In this document: piece by piece, positions 20,584-32,748 of the stretch | How the letters are laid out: every line of letters starts with the position of its first letter | How positions within the stretch are numbered: position 1 is the first letter of the stretch | Assembly: GCA_034520945.1 (NCBI GenBank) | Contig: JAXHNB010000006.1 | Location: 224,001-288,000 of the forward strand | Direction: 5' to 3' | Length of the DNA stretch: 64,000 nt | Source of the DNA: Trueperaceae bacterium | Lineage (GTDB): Bacteria; Deinococcota; Deinococci; Deinococcales; Trueperaceae | The notes under the pieces: model-generated | What the model saw: the letters and a program-made list of their open reading frames with translations, nothing else | Database searches by the model: none | What the model was told of the DNA's origin: nothing | Position numbers and translations under genes: made by a program

Positions 20584-23500
20584 TCAGTCGGCGGGGCTGG
20601 CTGTGCCGGCCGTGCCGCGTTTCGTCGCGTCGCGCCCCGGTGGCTCGGGGCTGCCGGTGCGGAAGCGGCGACGTTCGAAGCGGTAGAACGCCGCTGGCAC
20701 GACGAACAGGGTCAGAAAGGTCGACGACACCACACCGCCCGTGATGACCAGGCCGAGGGGCCGGCGGAACTCGGCGCCTTCACCCAGACCCAGCAGGAGC
20801 GGCACGCTGATGATCACCACGGTCGACGCCGTCATCAGGATTGGCCGGAGCCTGAGGCGGCCCGCGCGGACCAGCGCCTGTTCCAGCGTCTCTCCCTCCT
20901 CCAGTCCGCTGACCACGACGTCCAGCAACAAAATCGCGTTCTTGGTGACCAGGCCGATCAGGATCACCACCCCCAGCACGCTGATCACGTCCAGGGCCGT
21001 GCCGGTGAGGAAGAACAGCCAGAAGGCGCCCACCAGCGCCAGCGGGACCGTCGCCAGCAGGTACAAGGGGTAGGTGAAGCTGTTGAACTGGCTGGCGATC
21101 ACCAGGTAGTTCAGCGCCAGCGCCAGCGCGAACGCGATCGGACCGTAGAACGCCAGGTCGCCCAACAGGTCGGGCCCCACACCGGTCGTCACCTGGACCT
21201 GGTCGTCGGTGATCCCCTGCTCGGCGAAGGCCTGCTCCAACTCGCTGCGGACCTGGAACTGTCCGGGCGAACCGGGCACGAGGTCCGCCTCCAGGGTGGC
21301 GATGTAGGCCTGGTTGGCGCGGTCGATCGAGAGCGGCCCTGCCTGCACGCGAAATCCGCCTATCGCCCCCAGGGGAAGCCAACTCCGTAGCGCCGGGGCG
21401 TAGATCGGCAGGCTGAGCAGCGACTGCTCGTCCGTGATGGAGCGAGGATCGCCGCGCACGACGATGGGGACCTCCTGGCCCCCGGCGCGGAGCGTGCTCG
21501 CCCGCGTGCCGACGGCGTAGTTGCGCAGCGTGGCGCCCACCTCGGCGACGCTCAGGCCGGTCCCGGAGAGGCCGGACGGGTCGGGCTCGAAGACGCGCTC
21601 GGTGACCGTGCCTTCGAGGGAGGAGGCGACGTTTCGCAGCCAGGGATGGTCCCGCATCACCGCGCGGGCCCGTTGGTCGCGGGCCTCGAGAAGATCGCGG
21701 TCGTTCGCGCGGAGGCTGAGCGACAGCCCGGTCTCGACCGGCACGGCGCCGCCGTCGTCGCTTCCCACCGACACGTCGGCCTCGGGGGCGATCTGGGCCA
21801 GGTGCGATTCGATCCGGGGCCTCAGCGTGTCCGCGATGTCGAACGACGATCGCGTTCGTTGCGCCAGGGGCGCCAACTCGAGCGTCAACGTGGATCGTTG
21901 GGCGTCGGCGGTGCCCAACAGCCCGCCGCTGCCGACCCGCGCGACGACCTGATCGACCCCGGGCTCGCTGCGGACCAGGCGCTCGACCCCCGCGGACACC
22001 ACGTCGGTACGTTCCAGCGGCGTGCCGGGCGGCAGCTCGATCGATACGTTCACCACGCCCGCATCCACGTCGGAGACGAAGTTGAACTGGGTGCGGGGCA
22101 CCACGAACGCCAGACTGGCCACCAGCGCCACGGCCGTCAGCAGGATCGCCAGACTTCCTTTCGGCGTCAGCACGCGAGCCAGCGCCGTGGCATAGCGGTC
22201 GCGAAGGCCACGCACGCCCGCGTCGGTGGCGCGGTGCAGGGTTCCCAACACCGCGCCCAGCATGGTGGTGACGATGCGGAGCGGGAACCCCAGCAGCGGC
22301 CGAAGCCACGGCAGCGCGGCCGCGGCGGCCATGCCGGCGACGGCGAGCATCAGCGCCGCCGCGGCGCCCGCCTCGAGCGACAGCGCCCCGCTGAGGAGCC
22401 CCCCGCGCGCGCCGTCCGCTGCGCCCGCCGCCGCCAGCGTGAAGGCCAGCACGCCCAGCCAACGACGCTGGTAGGCGCGCAGCGCGGCGTGGACGTCGCG
22501 CGGCCAGGCGCCGAGCGTCGTGCCCACGTCGGACCAGCTCGGCGGGTACGGGTCGGGCAGGTAGGCCAGCCGGACCGTCAGAAAGAACATCGCCTCCAGG
22601 TAGCTGACGAAGATGGTGGCGGCCAGCGCGAGCCCGAACTGGCTGAAGAACTGCCCGACGAGTCCGGGCAGGAACGCGATGGGGAGGAACACCGCCAGCA
22701 GTGACAGCGTGGCGCTCAACACGGCCGTGGCGACCTCGCCTGCGCCCCGGAACACCGAGGTCATCAGGTCCAGCCCTTTGGCGCGCCAGCGCGCCACGTT
22801 CTCGGTGATCACGATCGAGTCGTCCACCACCAGCCCGACCGCCACCGTGATGGCCAGCAGCGTGACGGTGTTGAAGGTGAACCCGAGCAGCCCGAAGATG
22901 ATGATCGCACCGGTGAGCGTGATGGGGATGGCGATCACCACGCTGCCGGTGGATCCGAGCCGGCCGATGAACAACGACACCACCAGGGCGACCGCCAGCA
23001 CGGCCAGGCCGGTCTCGCGCAGCGTGTCCCGCACCGAGTTCTCGACGAACACGGAGGTGTCGCCGACCACGGCGACGGAGACGCCGCTGGGAAGGTCGAG
23101 CGCCGGCAGGCGCGCCTTCAGGTCACGGGCGGTCTGAACCGTGTTGGCGCCGGACGTCTTGCGGACCTCGAGCACGATCACCGCTTCGCCGTCCAGGCGC
23201 GTGAAGGCGTCGGGATCGGCGGCCGTGTCCACCACGCGGGCCACGTCCCGCACGCGCACGCCGCGCGCGGGATCGACGATCGTGTCCGCGATGTCGTCGG
23301 CCGAGGACGGGCGGCTGCGGATGGACAACAGGATCCGCTCGCCACCGACGTTCAACGACCCTGCCGGAAGTTCGGCGCTGGCCGCGGCGATCGCGTCGGC
23401 CACCTGGCGGACACCGAGGTCGAAGGCCTCGAGCTCCGAGGGGTCGGCCAGCACCTGGATTTCCCGCGTCACCGGCCCCACCACGGCGACGTCGGCGACG

Positions 23501-24012
23501 CCGTTCACGCGCTGCAACGACGGCTCGACGCGCGACTCCGCGATCTCCTGCAACTCCTCCAGCCGCAGGCCCGGGCCGGTGACGGCCAGGGAGAGGATCG
23601 GCTCGTCGTTGGGGTCGAACTTCTGCACCACCGGCGCGTCGGCGTCCTCGGGAAGGTCGCCGCTGATGCCGTCCACGCGTTGCTTCACGTCGATGGCGGC
23701 CTGATCGACGTCGACGGCGTACTCGAACTGTGCGATCACGAAGCTGAAGCCCTCGCCGCTGAAGCTGCTCACGTCCGTGACGCCGGGCACGGTGGTGACC
23801 GCGTCCTCGATCGGCTCGCTGACCTGCTCGGCGGTCTCTTGTGAGCCCGCCCCGACGTAGGTGGTGTTGATCGATACGATCGGCACGTCGAACTCCGGCA
23901 ACAGGTCGATGCCCAAGCGGGTCGCGGCGGAGAGGCCGAACAGCACGATCGCCAGGAACAGCGCGATCGAGAACACGTAGCGCCTCACGAAGAAGCGGAT
24001 CAGCCCGCTCAC
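20584..24012 (-). CDS. RND efflux permease (AcrB/AcrD/AcrF family)
   Basis: VGLVVDDSIVITEN, GLVTKNAILL, RLRPILMT; 1142 aa. Confidence 0.93.
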   Translation of the reverse strand: MSGLIRFFVRRYVFSIALFLAIVLFGLSAATRLGIDLLPEFDVPIVSINTTYVGAGSQETAEQVSEPIEDAVTTVPGVTDVSSFSGEGFSFVIAQFEYAVDVDQAAIDVKQRVDGISGDLPEDADAPVVQKFDPNDEPILSLAVTGPGLRLEELQEIAESRVEPSLQRVNGVADVAVVGPVTREIQVLADPSELEAFDLGVRQVADAIAAASAELPAGSLNVGGERILLSIRSRPSSADDIADTIVDPARGVRVRDVARVVDTAADPDAFTRLDGEAVIVLEVRKTSGANTVQTARDLKARLPALDLPSGVSVAVVGDTSVFVENSVRDTLRETGLAVLAVALVVSLFIGRLGSTGSVVIAIPITLTGAIIIFGLLGFTFNTVTLLAITVAVGLVVDDSIVITENVARWRAKGLDLMTSVFRGAGEVATAVLSATLSLLAVFLPIAFLPGLVGQFFSQFGLALAATIFVSYLEAMFFLTVRLAYLPDPYPPSWSDVGTTLGAWPRDVHAALRAYQRRWLGVLAFTLAAAGAADGARGGLLSGALSLEAGAAAALMLAVAGMAAAAALPWLRPLLGFPLRIVTTMLGAVLGTLHRATDAGVRGLRDRYATALARVLTPKGSLAILLTAVALVASLAFVVPRTQFNFVSDVDAGVVNVSIELPPGTPLERTDVVSAGVERLVRSEPGVDQVVARVGSGGLLGTADAQRSTLTLELAPLAQRTRSSFDIADTLRPRIESHLAQIAPEADVSVGSDDGGAVPVETGLSLSLRANDRDLLEARDQRARAVMRDHPWLRNVASSLEGTVTERVFEPDPSGLSGTGLSVAEVGATLRNYAVGTRASTLRAGGQEVPIVVRGDPRSITDEQSLLSLPIYAPALRSWLPLGAIGGFRVQAGPLSIDRANQAYIATLEADLVPGSPGQFQVRSELEQAFAEQGITDDQVQVTTGVGPDLLGDLAFYGPIAFALALALNYLVIASQFNSFTYPLYLLATVPLALVGAFWLFFLTGTALDVISVLGVVILIGLVTKNAILLLDVVVSGLEEGETLEQALVRAGRLRLRPILMTASTVVIISVPLLLGLGEGAEFRRPLGLVITGGVVSSTFLTLFVVPAAFYRFERRRFRTGSPEPPGRDATKRGTAGTASPAD

Positions 24013-25301
24013 GGTGCGACCTGGACCCGGCTGCCCTCACGCACGTCGAGGGGGCGGGGGTGGATCACGACGTCGTCTTCGTCCAGGCCGCGGACCGCGG
24101 CCGTGCCGCCCGCCTCGGCCAGGACCTCCACGGCCACGCGGGTGGCGACGCCGTCCCGGACGAGGTAGACCCAGGTGCCGCCCGCCTCGGCCGCGATGGC
24201 GCCGGAGGGGATCCGCATGCCCTCCGCGAGGGGCAGGCGATAGCGCACCTCGCCCACGACGCCGTTGGGCAGGTCGCTGGCGTCGTCGGCCTCGATGCGG
24301 CCGGTGAGGCGTACCTGACGCGGCCGTTCCGCCTGCCGCGAGGAGGCCACGATCTCGGCCGGCAGTTCGCGCCCCGCATACCGGAGCGTCACCGTGCCCG
24401 TAGCCCGCAGGCGGGCGGCATCCTCGGGGGGTACGTCCAGCACGATCTCGCGCGCATCCACGCTCTGGAGTCGGAACGCCCGCACCCCGGGCGCGGCCTG
24501 CTCGCCGACCTCGAGATACAGCTCTGCGACCTCGCCCGTGAAGGGTGCCACGATGAGGGTGTCCTCCACCGCGTCCTCGGCCTGCTCCACCTGCACCTGA
24601 GCACGCTCGAGTTGCAGCGCCAGCAACGCGACGTCCTCGCTCTCGCCGCGCCGGGCCCGCGCCAGGGCGTCCCGCGCCTGCACGGCCTGGGACTCGGCCT
24701 GCTCGAGCTGCACGCGCAGGTCGCTCAGATCGCGCCGCGCCGCACCGCCCGCCGCGACGAGGGCCTCGAGGTCCGCCACCCGGTCGCGAAGCGCCGCTAC
24801 GTTGGACTCGGCGGCCCGCAGCGAGGCGCGGGCCTGCGCGGCGCTCTCGTCGTTGGCGCGGCTGGCCCGCTCCAGCTCGATCTCGGCCTGGCGGAGGGAC
24901 AGGCGGGCCGTGCGGAGCTGCTGCGTGGCCTGGGTATCGTCGGTGATCACGACCGGGTCCCCGGCCGCCACCAGATCGCCGGGGCGCGCCTCGACCCGTT
25001 CGACCCGCCCCGAAGCGTTGCTGGCCACGATGGCGTCCTGAAGGGGCCGGACGGTGGCGCTGACGCTCCGGGTCGCCTCCAGCGTGCCCTGGGTGGGCCG
25101 AACGGTACGCACGGTGCGCGGCGCCTCGACCTCCTCGCGCTGGGCGGCGGCGCGCTCGTTCGTCCCGTCCGTGTTGGAGGTTCCCTCCGGGCTGCCGCAC
25201 GCGCTCAGCGCCAGGAGCAAGGTGGCGATCCGGGCGATCCTGGACACGCGTCGGCCGCGCACCGAGCCCCAGCGAAGGGCGGGCCGAACGTCAGAAGCCA
25301 T
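24009..25301 (-). CDS. RND periplasmic adaptor (membrane fusion protein), probable lipoprotein
   Basis: Lipobox LSAC, lipoyl halves (SGRVERV...PGDLV; IVAPFTGEV), long coiled coil; start uncertain. Confidence 0.88.
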   Translation of the reverse strand: MASDVRPALRWGSVRGRRVSRIARIATLLLALSACGSPEGTSNTDGTNERAAAQREEVEAPRTVRTVRPTQGTLEATRSVSATVRPLQDAIVASNASGRVERVEARPGDLVAAGDPVVITDDTQATQQLRTARLSLRQAEIELERASRANDESAAQARASLRAAESNVAALRDRVADLEALVAAGGAARRDLSDLRVQLEQAESQAVQARDALARARRGESEDVALLALQLERAQVQVEQAEDAVEDTLIVAPFTGEVAELYLEVGEQAAPGVRAFRLQSVDAREIVLDVPPEDAARLRATGTVTLRYAGRELPAEIVASSRQAERPRQVRLTGRIEADDASDLPNGVVGEVRYRLPLAEGMRIPSGAIAAEAGGTWVYLVRDGVATRVAVEVLAEAGGTAAVRGLDEDDVVIHPRPLDVREGSRVQVAP

Positions 25302-26313
25302 CGAGCCCGTCCAGCGGGATGCCGGCGTCCGCCTGCAGGTCGAACAGGGCCCGCACCACGTCGTGCACCGCCGTGCGTTCGGCCACCTCGGCCTGCCGGG
25401 TCGCGAGGCGCGTCGAGTCGAACGAGATCTCGGCGATGAGGCCGGCCTCGAGCCGTTGGCGGTCGATCTCTTCCTGGTCGAGGGCGTTGGCGCGCGCGTC
25501 GCGGGCGACCGCGAGCGCTTCGCGGGCGGAGGCGACCCGGTCCCGCAGGCTCTGCAGCTGCAGGATCAGTCCGCGCCGCGTCTCGCGGAGCGCCTCTTCG
25601 GCCTGAGCGATGCGTAGCTCGGCCTGATCGATGTCGCGCCGGGGGGCGTAGCTGGGATCCAGCACCTCCCGGGACGCCTCGGCGAGGGCCAGGCGGTGGC
25701 GCGCCTGCAGCAGGGTAGGCGCCTCCTCGAGCCGCGCGTGCAGGGTGTCATCATTGGGGATGGGCGTGTCGATCCACGCGTCGGGGACGGGCTCGAGGTC
25801 GTCGGCGGGCATGCCGATGAGCGACGCCAGCGAGGTGCGGGCGAGGTCCAGGCCCTGCCGCGCGTCGGTGGCCTGGTTTCGGGCATCCGCCAGCTCGTTT
25901 TCGGCCTCACGGACCTCGAGGGCCGTGCCCGCACCACGCTCGACGCGGATGCGGGCGATCTCGAGGCTGCGTTCGGCCAGGGCGACGCCCATCTCGGCCA
26001 CGGCGTGCTGGCGCTCCACCGCCAACACCTGCATGTAGGCGTCGGCGATCTCGGCGTAGGCCCCGAAGCGCGCCGACCGAAGTTCGGCCGCGGCCAGTTC
26101 CGCGGTCTGGGCGGCTTGGAGCCGGTCGATGCGGAGTGCCAGCGGGTCAGCTTCGGTCCGCTGGCGGGTGCGCTCGGCGTCGTCCAGCTCCAGCTGGGCG
26201 TTCACGACCGCGGTACGAGACGCGGCCGCCTGGAGGGCCCCAGGGAGGTCCAGGGCGGCGGCGTGCGAGGCGAACAAAAGGGTCAGCAGGGCCAGGGTGC
26301 GGATCGCGATCAC
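25291..26313 (-). CDS. TolC-family outer membrane efflux protein (short)
   Basis: Signal peptide; helical repeats RVERGAGTALEV and RLEAGLIAEISF. Confidence 0.8.
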   Translation of the reverse strand: MIAIRTLALLTLLFASHAAALDLPGALQAAASRTAVVNAQLELDDAERTRQRTEADPLALRIDRLQAAQTAELAAAELRSARFGAYAEIADAYMQVLAVERQHAVAEMGVALAERSLEIARIRVERGAGTALEVREAENELADARNQATDARQGLDLARTSLASLIGMPADDLEPVPDAWIDTPIPNDDTLHARLEEAPTLLQARHRLALAEASREVLDPSYAPRRDIDQAELRIAQAEEALRETRRGLILQLQSLRDRVASAREALAVARDARANALDQEEIDRQRLEAGLIAEISFDSTRLATRQAEVAERTAVHDVVRALFDLQADAGIPLDGLDGF

Positions 26314-27716
26314 GGGAGGACCTCCGAGAGGGGCACGGCGAGTTCGAGGTAGGCGCGCAACTGCGCGGACAGGCGTTGGTCATGGGCGGAGGCGAGGGCG
26401 AGCGCCGCCTGCCGGGCAGCCACCTCGGCCCGCCGAACCTCCAGCGGGGAGGTCAGTCCGAGTTCCTCGCGGCGCCGCGCGTCGTCGGCCTCGGCGCGCG
26501 CCAGGGCGAGATCCTGCTCGGCCAGCGCCACCTCCGCCCGCGCCGCCCGCGCCGCCTCCTGGCGGTCGGCGCGGGCCAAGTCCGCCTCCCGCCGGGCAGC
26601 CTGCATCCCGGCTTCGGCGGCCGCGCGGCGGGCCTGGGCGGCATCGCGGGCGGCGAACGGTTCGCCGCCGAAGGCGACGGAGAGGCCGACCGAGAGGGTG
26701 CTGTCCACGCGCGGTTCGATCCCTTCGGGCACGTCGACGTCGGCGGTCGCGCCGCTGAAGCTGCCGGGCGTGGCGTACGACACGGTCGGTTGGAAGGTGC
26801 GGCTCTCCAGCGACAGGCTCAGTGAGCCGTCCCCGGTGTTCCAGGCGTAGCTCGCCTGGGCGGTGGGCAGCAGGTCGCGCTCGGCGCCGCGGACGGCCAG
26901 CTGGGCCATCGCCAGGTCGTGCGCCGCATCCTGCACTTCGGGGGGAACGCCGCCGACGTCGGGCACCTCGGGAATGCCGGCGAGGCCCCGGTCGGGCCCG
27001 ACCAGCGCCTCCAAACGCCGCACGGCCTCGTCGCGTCGGGCTTCGGCGCTGCGACGCCGCTGTTCGGCGCGCGCCAGTTCCAGCGCCGCCCGTTGCTGGT
27101 CGCGCTCGCTGGCTGCGCCCAGGCGCGCCCGGGTGCGTGTGGCGTCACGCGCCCCGCGCGCGACCTCCAGGGCCCGCTCGGCGACGCGGACGCCCTCCTC
27201 GGCCATCCAGGTGGCGCTGGCGGCCTGCAGCGCGCGCGCCTCCAGCATGGCGCGCATCTCGCGGCGTCGCCGCTCGGCCTGCACGACGGCCAGGCGTCGC
27301 TGTGCCTCCAGATCGGACAGGTCGCCGACCAGGAACGGCCGCAGACGGGCCCGGACGGTGGCGCTGCGGGTCCATTCGTGATCTGGAACGGCGCCAAGGA
27401 CCTCGTCGGGCACGCCAGGATCCGCGTCGACGGAGATGCTGGCGCGGGTGGCCCCCACCTCCGCCTCCAGCGAGACGGGGAAGCGTACGCCGTCGAGCTC
27501 GCGCCGGGCCGCCTCGACGGCGGCGCCCGCGGCACGCAGGCTGGGATGATCGTTCACGCCTGCCAACACGTGCAGCACGGCCTCCGCGCCGGGCCTCGGG
27601 GGCGATGCCTGCCCGAAGGCCGCCCCGGCCGTCAACGCCATGGCCACGGCCAAAACCGGCGCCCAGGAGCGCGCGCCACGCGTGGGGGCGGGTGCCAGCG
27701 CGGTGCGTCCGGTCAC
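26310..27716 (-). CDS. TolC-family outer membrane efflux protein
   Basis: Signal peptide; HPSLRAA; RARLGAASERD and REELGLTSPLEV repeats; operon context. Confidence 0.78.
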   Translation of the reverse strand: MTGRTALAPAPTRGARSWAPVLAVAMALTAGAAFGQASPPRPGAEAVLHVLAGVNDHPSLRAAGAAVEAARRELDGVRFPVSLEAEVGATRASISVDADPGVPDEVLGAVPDHEWTRSATVRARLRPFLVGDLSDLEAQRRLAVVQAERRRREMRAMLEARALQAASATWMAEEGVRVAERALEVARGARDATRTRARLGAASERDQQRAALELARAEQRRRSAEARRDEAVRRLEALVGPDRGLAGIPEVPDVGGVPPEVQDAAHDLAMAQLAVRGAERDLLPTAQASYAWNTGDGSLSLSLESRTFQPTVSYATPGSFSGATADVDVPEGIEPRVDSTLSVGLSVAFGGEPFAARDAAQARRAAAEAGMQAARREADLARADRQEAARAARAEVALAEQDLALARAEADDARRREELGLTSPLEVRRAEVAARQAALALASAHDQRLSAQLRAYLELAVPLSEVLP

Positions 27717-28201
27717 GTCGACCCCACCAGGACGCGGTAGATCCGGACGAGCTGTCGGAGGTCGTCGTCGCTCAACGCGTGGGTCTTGGCCCGCCCGGCC
27801 TCGAGCCAGGCCTGCGCGAAGCGCTCCGTCATGGCATCACCGTCGGGGGTCGGCTCGACCAGCACGCGGCGCCGATCGTCGGGATCGGGCCGCCGCTGCA
27901 CCAGTCCGCGGGCTTCGAGGTCGGCCAGCAGGTTCGACATCATCGGCGGTGGCGTGTCCAGCAGTTCGGCCAGTTGCTTCGGGGAGCGCGTGCCGGTCGT
28001 GATCATGCCCAGGACGAGGGCCTTCACGGGCGTGAACCCGAGCGGTTCGAACACGCGGACGGCCTCTTGGCGAAGCGACCACATCATCGGCAGCGTCAGT
28101 TCGCTCAGTTCGTGCAACAGGGCGTCACGCGTCGGGCGCCCCTGGGGGCCGGCGCCGATGTCGTCGGAGGAGGGCTGGGTCGTGGGCATGCCCGCCATCA
28201 T
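27713..28201 (-). CDS. MarR family regulator
   Basis: LAELLDTPPPMMSNLLADLEARGLVQRRPDPDDRRRVLV. Confidence 0.9.
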   Translation of the reverse strand: MMAGMPTTQPSSDDIGAGPQGRPTRDALLHELSELTLPMMWSLRQEAVRVFEPLGFTPVKALVLGMITTGTRSPKQLAELLDTPPPMMSNLLADLEARGLVQRRPDPDDRRRVLVEPTPDGDAMTERFAQAWLEAGRAKTHALSDDDLRQLVRIYRVLVGST

Positions 28202-28322
28202 GCGGCAGGGCCCGGTGCGTCACCGGACCCTGCGCGACATTCGTTTGGTTGTATGAACTATTGCCGAGCGTGAATCGTCGGCGGGGTGCGTTGCAGACGA
28301 GGTGCGCCCCGCGCCGGATCGC

Positions 28323-29702
<1,380 letters not shown>

Positions 29703-29939
29703 CGTGCGACCTCGCTTTCCATGGCTTTCCATGCCGCACACGCGGACCACACGGGCCACCCGGATGACGGGCGACACTCGTGCGCGCGTGGGCTCGTGAT
29801 GACTCGAATGGGACGCCGCTCACGCCGAAGCGCGTCGTTTCGGGACGATCGTCGTCCCCGTCCTGCCGAACCATAGCACGTACGCAGACGGGCTTCGTGC
29901 CCGGCGCGACACTGCTACCATTCCCTCCAGGAGGTCGAC

Positions 29940-31577
29940 ATGCCCGATTCCCTCGCAGGGCGCCCCGCACCGCCGGAGCGTCTGGTGCACGTTCCTCGAC
30001 TGGTGTCCGCCTATTATACCGAAGCTCCGGACCCACACGACGCGACCCAGCGTGTCAGGTTCGGGACGTCGGGCCACCGCGGGTCGGCGCGTACGCGCAC
30101 CTTCAACGATGCCCACGTCGCGGCGGCCGCCCGCGCCGTCGCCGACGTCCGCGCGGAAGAGGGCGTGAACGGCCCGTTGATCCTGGGCGCCGACACGCAC
30201 GCCCTGTCGGAGCCCGCGTTCCGCACTGCGCTGGAGGTGTTCGCGGCGGCAAACGTCGAGGTGATCATCGAGGCCGATTTGGACTACGTGCCCACGCCGG
30301 TCGTGTCGCATGCAATCCTGACGCGCAACGCGCTCGGCGGCGCGCGGGCCGACGGGGTGGTGATCACCCCTTCGCACAATCCACCCGAGGACGGCGGCTT
30401 CAAGTACAACCCGCCGCACGGCGGTCCCGCCGGCACCGAGATCACCGCGCGGATCGAGCGCCGCGCCAACGAGCTCCTCGCTGCCGGACCGAACGCGATC
30501 GATCGCATGGCGTACCGCACGGCGTTGGCGGCCGGCACCACCCACCGGGTCGACCTGGCCGGCCCGTACATCCACGACCTCGGCGAGATTCTCGACCTGG
30601 ATGCCGTCGCGGCCGCCGAGCTGCGCTTGGGCGTCGATCCGATGGGGGGCGCCGCCGTGGGGATGTGGGGACGGATCGCGGAGCGCTACCGCCTGGACCT
30701 CGAGGTCGTCAACGCCCGCGTCGACCCCGCCTTCGCCTTCATGCGGCTGGACGGGGACGGCAAGATCCGCATGGACTGCTCTTCGCCGCACGCGATGGCG
30801 GGCCTGATCGCCATGGGCGATCGTTTCGACGTGGCGTTCGGCAACGATCCCGACGTGGACCGGCACGGCATCGTGGTGGGGGGCGAACTGATGAACCCCA
30901 ACCACTACCTGGCGGCCGCCGTCGACTACCTGTTCCGCCGGCGCAATGATTGGCGTGCCGACGCCGCGATCGGCAAGACCGTCGTCACGTCGGCGCTTCT
31001 GGATCGGATCGCCGATGATCTGGGCAGACCGCTGCGGGAGGTGCCGGTCGGGTTCAAGTGGTTCGTGGACGGCTTGCTGGACGGCAGTACCGGCTTTGGG
31101 GGCGAGGAATCCGCCGGGGCCACCTTCCTACGGCGCGACGGCAGCGTGTGGACCACCGACAAGGACGGCATCGTGATGGGGTTGCTGGCCGCCGAGATCA
31201 CCGCGGTGGACGGCGAGGACCCCGCCGCCCGTCACCGGCGGGTGGCCGCGCGGTTGGGCGAGAGCGCGTACGCCCGCAGCGACGCCCCGGCCACCGACGC
31301 GCAGAAGAAGGCGCTGGCGACGCTGGACGCGTCGGCCGTGCGCGACGAGACGCTGGCGGGGGAGCCGATCACGGACGTCCGCACGCGCGCCCCGGCCAAC
31401 GACGCGCCGATCGGCGGCCTCAAGGTCGCCACCGCCAACGGCTGGTTCGCGGCGCGTCCCTCGGGCACGGAGGCGATCTACAAGATCTACGCGGAGAGCT
31501 TTTTGGGCGACGCGCACCTGGCCAAGCTCATGGACGAAGCCCAAGCGTTGGTCGAGCGGGCGTTCGAAGGCGTATGA
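29940..31577 (+). CDS. pgm: Phosphoglucomutase
   Basis: FGTSGHRG, TPSHNPPEDGGFKYN, DPDVDRHG, GGEESAG, RPSGTE. Confidence 0.95.
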   Translation: MPDSLAGRPAPPERLVHVPRLVSAYYTEAPDPHDATQRVRFGTSGHRGSARTRTFNDAHVAAAARAVADVRAEEGVNGPLILGADTHALSEPAFRTALEVFAAANVEVIIEADLDYVPTPVVSHAILTRNALGGARADGVVITPSHNPPEDGGFKYNPPHGGPAGTEITARIERRANELLAAGPNAIDRMAYRTALAAGTTHRVDLAGPYIHDLGEILDLDAVAAAELRLGVDPMGGAAVGMWGRIAERYRLDLEVVNARVDPAFAFMRLDGDGKIRMDCSSPHAMAGLIAMGDRFDVAFGNDPDVDRHGIVVGGELMNPNHYLAAAVDYLFRRRNDWRADAAIGKTVVTSALLDRIADDLGRPLREVPVGFKWFVDGLLDGSTGFGGEESAGATFLRRDGSVWTTDKDGIVMGLLAAEITAVDGEDPAARHRRVAARLGESAYARSDAPATDAQKKALATLDASAVRDETLAGEPITDVRTRAPANDAPIGGLKVATANGWFAARPSGTEAIYKIYAESFLGDAHLAKLMDEAQALVERAFEGV

Positions 31578-31600
31578 AGCGCGCCTGAGGGGCGCGGAAC

Positions 31601-32440
31601 TCAGTCCTCGGCGCGATGCGGCACGCTGAGGATCGGGACCGGACTGGAGCGCAGGAGGGCGTCGGCCCGGCTGCCGAGCAGCAGGCCGATGGCGCTGGCG
31701 TGATGCCGAACGCCCACGCAGATCACGTCGGCGTCGATCTCGTGTGCGACCTCGGGCAGCACGTGGATCGGGTCGCCCTGGCGCAGGATGTGCTGCTTGG
31801 CACGGTCGTGCGCCATCTCCGACATGGCCTCGGAGGCACGACGGGCGTAGTCGGTGTCTTCGCGGTAGCGCGGATCGTCCACGACGTGCACCAGCGCGGT
31901 CTCGATCCCGTGATCATTGAGGCGGTCGGCGAAGTGCCAGGCGTAGCGGCTGGCGTCGCCGAAGTCGGTCGCGACCAGCACGCGGCGCACCACGAGGTCG
32001 GTGGTTTCGTCACGCACGGTGAGGACCGGCACCGTGCTGCGGCGCACCATGCGGCCGGCCAGACCGCCGAGGAAGTACGCGTCCAACCGGTTCTGGCCGT
32101 GCGCACCCATCACGATGAGGTCGAATCCCTCCGCGGCCTCCAACAGCTCCTGGACGGGCCGGCCCCAGCGAAGCTCGTGCGTGCCGCCCTCGGAGGACAG
32201 GTTGCGAAGCCGTTCGTGAATGCGTCGCACTTCGGTCTTGCGCGCCTCCTCGATGCGGGCCAAAAGTTCGGCGTTCAGGTTGTCGAAGCTGGGTTGGAGC
32301 CATCCACGCTGACCGTTCTCGAAGCGCTGCTGCACATGGACGATGTGGAGGCTCCCGTCGGTGCGGTGCATCAGGTCCAGCGCCATGGCGCGGGCCTTCT
32401 CGGCGGTGTGCGAAAAGTCGGTGGGGTGGAGGATCTTCAT
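31601..32440 (-). CDS. Universal stress protein (tandem USP domains)
   Basis: KILHPTDFS...DLIVMGAHG; second domain RVLVATDFG...LLLGSRAD. Confidence 0.92.
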   Translation of the reverse strand: MKILHPTDFSHTAEKARAMALDLMHRTDGSLHIVHVQQRFENGQRGWLQPSFDNLNAELLARIEEARKTEVRRIHERLRNLSSEGGTHELRWGRPVQELLEAAEGFDLIVMGAHGQNRLDAYFLGGLAGRMVRRSTVPVLTVRDETTDLVVRRVLVATDFGDASRYAWHFADRLNDHGIETALVHVVDDPRYREDTDYARRASEAMSEMAHDRAKQHILRQGDPIHVLPEVAHEIDADVICVGVRHHASAIGLLLGSRADALLRSSPVPILSVPHRAED

Positions 32441-32729
32441 GGCGGCACCCTTCCTGAGCGCTCGGGGCGGACCGTGCGGAGCCGACCCGGTGCGTAGTGC
32501 GCTCACGGTAGCACGCGACCGCAGTGGCGTCTCAGCCGCGTCACCGACAGCACCGTCGACCGTTCTCTGCGACGTCCCCGCCTTCGGGGCGCGGCGCGGC
32601 GACCTCGGTCGCGACAGCAAACGACCCCCGTGGTGGCGGGCTGCCGGGGGGCGCCACGGGGGTCGTGGGTCCGGTGCGGTCGTGCCGCGTCCGGACAGGT
32701 CCATGGGAGCACGCGTACCGCCGGGCCGC

Positions 32730-32748
32730 TGTCGGTCCTTATCCGACA
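32730..32748. promoter_or_regulatory. TGTCGG-N7-CCGACA palindrome between divergent USP genes
   Basis: Perfect 6-bp arms; a related copy at 34052-34070. Confidence 0.45.
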
